Assembly: GCA_946560065.1 (NCBI GenBank)
Contig: CAMNUE010000013.1
Span: 43,738-75,737 of the forward strand
DNA from: an uncultured bacterium
Lineage (GTDB): Bacteria > Bacillota_I > Bacilli_A > RF39 > UBA660
Length of the DNA: 32,000 bases
Direction of reading: 5' to 3'
Shown here: positions 26,138-32,000 of the stretch, one piece after another
Layout of the letters: every line of letters starts with the position of its first letter
Position numbering within the stretch: position 1 is the stretch's first letter
The notes under the pieces: model-generated
Database searches by the model: none
Told to the model about the DNA's origin: nothing
Seen by the model: the letters and a program-made list of their open reading frames with translations, nothing else
Made by a program: the position numbers and the translations under genes

Positions 26138-26626
26138 ATGGAATTAGTGAATATTGTAGATGAGTCTGGAAATAATACTGGGCAAATTGTAGATAGAAAA
26201 ACAGTTCAAGATTCTTCTTTGCTTCACTGGGAAGTAGTAATATTTCTTATTAATGATATGGGACAGATGTTACTTGAGATGAGAAGTCCTAATAAAAGGT
26301 TTAATCCTAATAAATGGGCTCCTTGTGCTGGAGGAGTAGTAGCAGGAGAGAATCTTTTTGATGCAGCTCTTAGAGAATTAGAGGAAGAACTTGGAATAGA
26401 AGTTTTAGAAGAAGATTTGAATGTATTAGAAGAAAATGATAACTTAACTAGATTTTATTATGTTTTTTGTAATAAGAAAGAAGAGGAATTTATAATTCAA
26501 AAAGAGGAACTGTCTTGTGTTAAATGGTATGATATTTCAGAAGTTATTGAGATGATTAAAAATAGAGATTCAATTACTATTAAGGAAGATAAATTATATT
26601 TACTTGAGAGATTAAATGCTTTATAG
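26138..26626 (+). CDS. NUDIX hydrolase
   Basis: Complete Nudix box 'GGVVAGENLFDAALRELEEELGI' (GX5EX7REUXEEXGU). RBS AAGGAG. Confidence 0.9.
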   Translation: MELVNIVDESGNNTGQIVDRKTVQDSSLLHWEVVIFLINDMGQMLLEMRSPNKRFNPNKWAPCAGGVVAGENLFDAALRELEEELGIEVLEEDLNVLEENDNLTRFYYVFCNKKEEEFIIQKEELSCVKWYDISEVIEMIKNRDSITIKEDKLYLLERLNAL

Positions 26627-26660
26627 AGAAGGAACTAGAGAGTTAGTTCTTTTTCTTTTT
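26625..26660 (+). terminator. Rho-independent terminator ending the nine-gene cluster
   Basis: agagaaggaacta/tagttctttttct (13 bp with two G-U pairs), loop gagagt, then TTTT. Confidence 0.55.
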
Positions 26661-26727
26661 GGTATGAAGTTATTTTCAAAATAGCAATTTTGTGGTATTA
26701 TATAAAATACTTTTTGGGGGAATATTG

Positions 26728-28584
26728 ATGAGAATCAAAAAACTAGGAATATTGAATGAGAAATATTTGAAAAATGAAGAGTTACTAAAGACTTTAAAAC
26801 AAACAGGATTTCAGTGTTATTGTACTGATTTGGCACGTTTAACTGAGACGCCCTTTGATCAATCTACTGGTTTTGGAGCATATTGGTTTGATGGAGAACA
26901 TATTACTACTAAGAAAAATAAAACGATAAGTAATTATGCGAATTATGTTGATAAGGGTGGAGCACTGTCTTATGTAAATAATGCTAATTTTAAAGCTGGA
27001 GTTAGAATTGCATTTTCTTTTGATGATATTGAAGATTTTAATTTTGATGAATTAGAAAATTTGAATCTTGAATACCCACTTACAGTTATAGGTGGTAGAG
27101 TTGGAGAAACATTTGATAAGTTGTTTGAAAGTAAAAGTAAGTTAATTGCGACAACAGGTAGAACGCACTTTGTAGACGATAAAGAGTATCGTGAGTATGA
27201 AGCATTTGGAATTAGATTTATTAGAAAAAGATGCAAGGTTCAACCAAAATTATTAAGTGATGGAACATTAAGTAAAAAAGATGAAGATGTTTATTTAAGA
27301 GTTGAGAGTATTCCGTTGACTATTGATGACGAAGAGAGATTGGTATATTCATCAGTTATATTATTTGGTGCTGTATTAGATAGTAAGGGAAATAGATTTG
27401 AGAATAGTGAACTATATAAGAATTTAAATGGAGAATTTTTAAAAAGTATTAATGATGAATTAGAACATGTTTCTCCAGCATTATTGTTTAATGGAAATGT
27501 AAAAGATGAATGTAATCGTTATAATTTTAAATTTAATTCATTAACAGAAGAAGATATAATAGAGATATGTATAAACAGTAATATTGCAGTATTTTTACAT
27601 GGTCCAACTGGAGTTGGTAAGACAGAAAGAATGATTGCATTAGATAGAAATTTGGAATTAGTTGATTTTGGTTGTACTAGTTCGGATGGATTTACAGGGA
27701 TTATTGCGAAAGATTTCAACTCAAAAGAATTATTCTTATATGAACCTTACTGGTATAAAAGTTTTTGTGCCAAGTGTGAAGCAGAACCAGAAAAAATTCA
27801 TATCTTATTTCTAGAAGAGTTAACTAACGCGAGAAGTGATGTCCAAAAAGTGGCATTTGAGGTAACTCTTAATAAAACATTAACAAATAGTGGTTTTAGA
27901 TTGAAATTACCAGAAAATGCTGTTGTATGTGCTGCGGGTAATGAAGCTAGTGAATCAAAATCAGCTACAGCATTGAGCGAGCCATTATTTGGAAGATTTG
28001 CTCATGTTTATATCGAAACTGATTCTGAAAATTGGTTAAAATGGGCTTTAAATAGAAAAAAAGAGGGAAGACAATTATTATATAAGAAACATGAAGAGAA
28101 TAATACAATTCATCCAGCAATAATTGATTATGTAAGAGTTAATGGAGATAGAGTTTTAAGAACACAATATAATGGTGTTACTCCTAATGCTGATCCTAGA
28201 AAGTGGGTCCTTGCATCAAAAGCTTTATATGAAAGTAATAATCCAAATGTACTTCGTGCCTTTATTGGAGAAGAACTTACACAAGATTTTATAAAATTTT
28301 GTAAGATGAGATTAATAACTGTAGATGATGTTTTAAACGATAGATGTAAGGTTGAAGATGTAGCACTTGATTCTTCATTAAGATGGTATACGACAATTTG
28401 TTTAAGTACAGTTGATGATGAAAATGTAGATAAAGTAAGAGAATTTGTTAGTGGTTTAGGTAAAGAGTTTTTAGCGGTTTTTGATTATGAATGGTCAAAA
28501 GATAATGACGAAAGAATTATGAAATTATATAGTCAGTCTAATAAAGCACTAGTTAAAAGGTTAGAATTAGATGGAAATAGATGA
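26728..28584 (+). CDS. AAA_5 (MoxR/McrB-like) ATPase with a roughly 290-aa unrecognised N-terminal domain
   Basis: GGGGGA precedes ATG 26728 (MRIKKLG). Walker A GPTGVGKT (27601-27624), Walker B HILFLEE (27799-27819), and sensor-1-like 'VVCAAGNE'. Its stop overlaps the next gene's start by 14 nt. Confidence 0.8.
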   Translation: MRIKKLGILNEKYLKNEELLKTLKQTGFQCYCTDLARLTETPFDQSTGFGAYWFDGEHITTKKNKTISNYANYVDKGGALSYVNNANFKAGVRIAFSFDDIEDFNFDELENLNLEYPLTVIGGRVGETFDKLFESKSKLIATTGRTHFVDDKEYREYEAFGIRFIRKRCKVQPKLLSDGTLSKKDEDVYLRVESIPLTIDDEERLVYSSVILFGAVLDSKGNRFENSELYKNLNGEFLKSINDELEHVSPALLFNGNVKDECNRYNFKFNSLTEEDIIEICINSNIAVFLHGPTGVGKTERMIALDRNLELVDFGCTSSDGFTGIIAKDFNSKELFLYEPYWYKSFCAKCEAEPEKIHILFLEELTNARSDVQKVAFEVTLNKTLTNSGFRLKLPENAVVCAAGNEASESKSATALSEPLFGRFAHVYIETDSENWLKWALNRKKEGRQLLYKKHEENNTIHPAIIDYVRVNGDRVLRTQYNGVTPNADPRKWVLASKALYESNNPNVLRAFIGEELTQDFIKFCKMRLITVDDVLNDRCKVEDVALDSSLRWYTTICLSTVDDENVDKVREFVSGLGKEFLAVFDYEWSKDNDERIMKLYSQSNKALVKRLELDGNR

Positions 28585-29752
28585 GATTGTAAAAAAGCTT
28601 TTAATTAGATATCCGTTATTTGGAAATGTTATTGCTAACTTAAAATTTAAGTTTACAAATGAGAATGTTCCAGCTTCTGCTTTTACGGATGGAAAAAATA
28701 TTTTTTATAAACAAGAATTTATTGATGATTATTCTGATGCAGAGAAAGAATTTATTATAGCCCATGAAATATTTCATATTGTATTGAAGCATATATTTAG
28801 AAATCTTGGAAAAGATTCGGATTTATTAAATTATGTCGAAGATGCTATTATTAATCAGATGCTAGTTAGAGATGGCTTAACAATGCCTGAGGGACTTGTA
28901 AATGTTGAAGATGCGCTTGATTATTCTGTAGAAGAATTGTATATGAGATTTTTACCTAGACTTGATGAAATTAAAGAGTGGATGGGTGTTAATACTTATC
29001 ACATTGATCTTTCTAATTTAGATGATTTATTTGCTGAGATGTTTGGCGATGATGTTCAAGAGATGATGAGTCAAAATGCTGGCTTGAGAGATGATCTCTT
29101 GAATGATTTTAAGGATGAATTAAAGTATTTTGCGTATTCTAATAGTGGTACAGAAGGAAAAGAGGAAACTTTAGGTGATATTGGTAGTGCTAGTCCGTTA
29201 CTTTGTTGGAAGGAACTTTTGAAAGCAAATATAAATAATCCAGAAGAAGTTGTTACTTTGTTTTATGAAGTGGAAATGGATGGAATCGTAAGACGAGAAG
29301 AAAAATCTGAACCATCATTCTCTGAAAGTGAAATAATTATCGATACTAGTGGTTCTATGAATTTGGAGAAGCTTAAAGCAATATTAAGAGAATGTAAAAA
29401 CATTTTAAAAGATAGTAGATTAAAAATAGGTTTTTGTGATACTAGGTTTTATGAGTGGATTGATGTTTCAGATTGTAGTGTTATTGATAAAATCAGTATA
29501 AAGGGAAGGGGTGGAACTGATTTTGGTTTAATGGCTGAGAGCTTTTCTGGTAATGTTGATAATAAGATAGTAATTACTGATGGTTATGGCTCTTTTCCCG
29601 AGAATTATAAAGATGTTTTGTGGATTATTGTTGATTATTATTTTCCATCCTTTGTTGAAACTGAAGTCAAAGAAAAAGATATTAATTATATATTTATTAA
29701 TGAACAAGATGTAGTTGTTGAGAAAAACAAGTGTTTAGTGCTTACAAAGTAA
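28571..29752 (+). CDS. DUF2201-type protein: N-terminal putative Zn-metallopeptidase plus C-terminal VWA-like domain
   Basis: 'YPLFGNVI...AFTDGKNIFY...IIAHEIFHIVLKH...VEDAIINQ' with HExxH at 28763-28777. MIDAS-like 'IIIDTSGSM' (DTSGS at 29342-29356), 'GRGGTDF', 'ITDGYG' and 'VLWIIV'. Confidence 0.85.
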   Translation: MEIDEIVKKLLIRYPLFGNVIANLKFKFTNENVPASAFTDGKNIFYKQEFIDDYSDAEKEFIIAHEIFHIVLKHIFRNLGKDSDLLNYVEDAIINQMLVRDGLTMPEGLVNVEDALDYSVEELYMRFLPRLDEIKEWMGVNTYHIDLSNLDDLFAEMFGDDVQEMMSQNAGLRDDLLNDFKDELKYFAYSNSGTEGKEETLGDIGSASPLLCWKELLKANINNPEEVVTLFYEVEMDGIVRREEKSEPSFSESEIIIDTSGSMNLEKLKAILRECKNILKDSRLKIGFCDTRFYEWIDVSDCSVIDKISIKGRGGTDFGLMAESFSGNVDNKIVITDGYGSFPENYKDVLWIIVDYYFPSFVETEVKEKDINYIFINEQDVVVEKNKCLVLTK

Positions 29753-29761
29753 TTAGAAAAC

Positions 29762-29786
29762 AATGCTAATTTTATTATATAAGGAA
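29762..29786 (+). repeat. Direct repeat copy 1 (AATGCTAATTTTATTATATAAGGAA)
   Basis: 23 of 25 nt are identical to 29921-29945, which lies 159 bp downstream. Confidence 0.85.
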
Positions 29787-29846
29787 GTTTATATTTTTAA
29801 TATTAAGGATTTGATGTTAAAGTAAATTATAAAAAGTATTAATTGG

Positions 29847-29879
29847 GAAGAAATACTTTGGTATTAGCTTCTTTTTTTT
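29847..29879 (+). terminator. Rho-independent terminator of the ATPase/VWA operon
   Basis: gaagaaatac-tttg-gtattagcttc (stem with one bulge) followed by T8. Confidence 0.6.
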
Positions 29880-29920
29880 AATTTGTAGATGTTATATACT
29901 AAATGTGTCACATAAATTGT

Positions 29921-29945
29921 AATGCTACATTTATTATATAAGGAA
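29921..29945 (+). repeat. Direct repeat copy 2 (AATGCTACATTTATTATATAAGGAA)
   Basis: See copy 1. Confidence 0.85.
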
Positions 29946-29968
29946 TTATAGTAATATTAATTAAATTT

Positions 29969-29977
29969 TGATATAAT
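29969..29977 (+). promoter_or_regulatory. Extended -10 promoter (TGaTATAAT) for the HD-GYP-like gene
   Basis: A perfect TGnTATAAT within TTTGATATAAT, about 75 nt upstream of the start codon. Confidence 0.5.
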
Positions 29978-30051
29978 AGTTTGTAATCTTCATACTGAGA
30001 ATGTGTGTAGGGTTGTGAATTAGAACAAGATAGTTTGAAAGGGTGGTTTTT

Positions 30052-31350
30052 TTGAAAAAAATTGTATCTGTAAGTGATTTAAAAGTTGGATATATATTAC
30101 AAGAAAGTATTAAGACGCGTGATGGAAAGGATTTAGTTACTAAAGGCTCTGTCTTAACTGAAAGTATTATTGAGAGACTTAGAAATTGGTATGCAAAGGA
30201 TGATTGCATGATTAGTGTTGATGATGATAATATTGATAATGTAGACAATAGTGATTCAATAGATGATGATGTGATGGAATTTGATGCTGCCAAGTTTAAA
30301 GAAGTTCAGGATAAAACGATTAGATGTCTTGAAGATGTTTTTAGTTGTGAAGAAGAAGCTTCGGAAGTAGCTTTGAATACTCTCAAGCCATATGCACTTT
30401 CTATGTCTGCTAATTTGAAAGGTTTGGCTGATATTCCAAAGAAGGTTTTAAAAGAACAACATGTAAGTACTAAAGCTGGTCATTGTTTTCGTGTAGCAGA
30501 AATGGTTGTTGTTTTGACTAATTTGTATAATAATAATTTGCCTAAAGATAAGAAAATTTCATTAGAAACGGTTTGTATGGCAGCTTTGTTACATGAATAC
30601 GGAAAGAAATTTGAAGATGATGTTGTTACTTTGAGCAGATTAAAAAGAAGGGCAGCATCTGTTTTTAAAAAAAAGTTTAATGATTTTTCAATCGATAGTA
30701 ATCATCATACTGCTCATGCGTACCTTGCTTTAAAAGATAAGGTTAGTGATGATGTAAGACTTACAATTTTGGGTCGAGGAATTCCTGCAATAAATGGTAA
30801 GAATAGTTCTAAAAAATGGATTAAAGGCGCACAGATTATTTTTTTGTGTGATACATATGATACTTTATTAGAAAGTGTTTTGGAAAAAGATATGTTATCT
30901 CCTTTTGAGAATGTTATTTCTTTTATGGGACAACTCGCTCACAATAATTCTTTAGATGGGGATTTGTATAAACTTTTTTTGAAACATATACCTTTGTATA
31001 CAGATGGTGAAAAGGTTTTATTGTCTTCTGGTGAGTATGCTGTTGTTATTAATCGTTCAGAAGCTTTTCCTACAAAACCAGTTGTTTTAACATTACCTCC
31101 TGATGCTCCTAAATTGATTGATTTAAGTAAAACAACTAATATTGTTATTAGAAGAATTGTTCAATCGGAAGAAGAAACAGCTAATAAAGTAAGTGCATTA
31201 CAGAAAAGTCAAACGAAGAATATTGAAGTTTCTGAATCTGTTGATACTGAGAACTTACAGGAGAAAGTATCTGAATTATTAGTGCAGGAAGAAAAAGAAA
31301 AGGATGATGTTCCTAAATCTTTTGTAAAGAGTTTTTTTAGAAAAAAGTAG
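30052..31350 (+). CDS. HD-GYP-family protein with degenerate catalytic motifs
   Basis: The N-terminus 'VSDLKVGYILQESI..RDGKDLVTKGSVLTE..IERLRNW' and the C-terminus 'IPLYTDGEKVLLSSGEYAVVIN...PTKPVVL' are typical of the family. The core has 'HCFRVAEM' and 'AALLHEYGK' (HE instead of HD, 30592-30597) and no HHExxDGxGYP, but 'FLCDTYDTLL' is retained. I favour TTG 30052 after AAGGGTGG; GTG 30043 is also possible. Confidence 0.75.
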   Translation: MKKIVSVSDLKVGYILQESIKTRDGKDLVTKGSVLTESIIERLRNWYAKDDCMISVDDDNIDNVDNSDSIDDDVMEFDAAKFKEVQDKTIRCLEDVFSCEEEASEVALNTLKPYALSMSANLKGLADIPKKVLKEQHVSTKAGHCFRVAEMVVVLTNLYNNNLPKDKKISLETVCMAALLHEYGKKFEDDVVTLSRLKRRAASVFKKKFNDFSIDSNHHTAHAYLALKDKVSDDVRLTILGRGIPAINGKNSSKKWIKGAQIIFLCDTYDTLLESVLEKDMLSPFENVISFMGQLAHNNSLDGDLYKLFLKHIPLYTDGEKVLLSSGEYAVVINRSEAFPTKPVVLTLPPDAPKLIDLSKTTNIVIRRIVQSEEETANKVSALQKSQTKNIEVSESVDTENLQEKVSELLVQEEKEKDDVPKSFVKSFFRKK

Positions 31351-31407
31351 TTGGCTTAATAATTTTATTAGTTTTAATATGTTTTTTGTAATTAAAGGTA
31401 GTTATAA

Positions 31408-31434
31408 AGAGTAGATTTTAATCTACTCTTTTGT
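31408..31434 (+). terminator. Rho-independent terminator
   Basis: aagagtagat-ttta-atctactctt followed by TTTG. Confidence 0.65.
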
Positions 31435-31538
31435 GTTATAATAATTGTTACATTAGGATAATTCATGCATCAGATTGAAATTTTTATAGAAATGTAGTTG
31501 TAGTATTTGTCATAATATGAATTCAAAAGTTAAATATA

Positions 31539-31547
31539 TGATATAAT
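31539..31547 (+). promoter_or_regulatory. Extended -10 promoter (TGaTATAAT)
   Basis: A perfect TGnTATAAT 36 nt upstream of a small ORF. A second such element, TGtTATAAT, is at 31434-31442. Confidence 0.4.
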
Positions 31548-31582
31548 GTAGAAGTAGTTTACTTAAAAAGGAAGTGACAGGT

Positions 31583-31702
31583 ATGTCTAAAAACAATAGA
31601 AAAAAAAGAATGAATTCTGATAATGTTAAAGGTTATCAACGAGAAATTATTTCATGGTTGATTACGATTTATTTAAGAACACCAATAAACCATTATAAAT
31701 AA
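31583..31702 (+). CDS. Possible small basic protein (39 aa)
   Basis: AAGGAAG is 8 nt upstream. The product is MSKNNRKKRMNSDNVKGYQREIISWLITIYLRTPINHYK. There is no homology evidence. Confidence 0.3.
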   Translation: MSKNNRKKRMNSDNVKGYQREIISWLITIYLRTPINHYK

Positions 31703-31901
31703 AGGAGATTCTCGAATTTAGATCTTGCACATTTTCATTAAAAAATGGATAAAATCATTAAAAAAATAGTAATAATATAGTAATTTTGGTATTATTTATT
31801 ATAGGAATTAGAAAGGTGATTACGACATTTAAGAACTTAAAAAATTGCACATTTAACATTAATTACATTTTTAATATACAATTAATTTGGAGTGTGATTT
31901 T

Positions 31902-32000
31902 ATGGATAAATATAATATTAAGGAATTAGAAGAAAAACTTAATAGATGTAGAAATATGAAACTTGAAGATGTATCTTTAGAGGATGTAGATGAAATAAGT
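31902..32000 (+). CDS. Hypothetical protein, 3'-truncated by the window edge
   Basis: TGGAGTG precedes ATG 31902 (MDKYNIKELEEKLNRCRNMKLEDVSLEDVDEIS...), and the frame is open to the window end. Confidence 0.45.
   Translation, partial: MDKYNIKELEEKLNRCRNMKLEDVSLEDVDEIS

Noticed and set aside
29768-29830. Small ORFs starting within the 25-nt direct repeats (MLILLYKEVYIFNIKDLMLK, and MLHLLYKEL from 29923)
   Set aside because: They have no RBS, their lengths differ (20 versus 9 codons) because of early stops, and the similarity is explained by the DNA repeat itself.
29961-30293. 110-aa minus-strand ORF across the HD-GYP gene start
   Set aside because: It overlaps the promoter, leader and conserved N-terminus of the + strand gene. 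It is Ser/Leu/Ile-rich and low-complexity, with no ribosome-binding site.
1-32000. Mollicutes-type genetic code (TGA = Trp), given the very low G+C
   Set aside because: Conserved proteins (PheS, PheT, TrmD, L19, Frr) translate full-length with the standard code and no internal TGA. TGA is also used as a stop, for example at 20802-20804 and 28582-28584.
1-32000. CRISPR arrays, tRNA/rRNA genes, and integrase, transposase or IS elements
   Set aside because: No regularly spaced direct repeats, no cloverleaf-like GC-rich islands in the intergenic regions, and no recombinase or transposase motifs were seen in any long ORF.

Overview
This is a strongly AT-rich segment (about 30% G+C by eye, not computed) that looks like a low-GC Firmicute chromosome of the Bacilli/Erysipelotrichia type. 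It uses the standard genetic code: TGA and TAG both end ORFs. An SspI homolog with a forespore-type promoter suggests a spore-forming lineage. Almost all genes are on the + strand.

The core translation genes are unambiguous: tsf, frr, a Phe T-box leader with pheS-pheT, rimM-trmD, rplS and lepB. Their canonical operons are interrupted by lineage-specific membrane or surface proteins. tsf and frr are separated with no pyrH between them, and trmD and rplS are separated by three ORFs.

From about 20.3 kb onward the window looks accessory:
- A tightly packed nine-gene co-directional cluster: P-loop kinase-like, GNAT, alpha/beta hydrolase, radical SAM/SPASM, GNAT, ExoIII, nucleoside-deoxyribosyltransferase-like, a UDG-superfamily gene broken by an in-frame TAG, and Nudix.
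- A self-contained, translationally coupled two-gene operon. It encodes an AAA_5/MoxR-type ATPase with a roughly 290-aa unrecognised N-terminal domain, plus a DUF2201-type Zn-metallopeptidase + VWA protein.
- A degenerate HD-GYP protein.
- A promoter-rich AT-rich tail.

The ATPase/metallopeptidase-VWA pair is my best candidate for an undescribed system. That is an inference from motifs and context only.

I saw no rRNA, tRNA, CRISPR array, integrase or transposase. All family calls come from motif recognition by eye; no database search or folding program was run.
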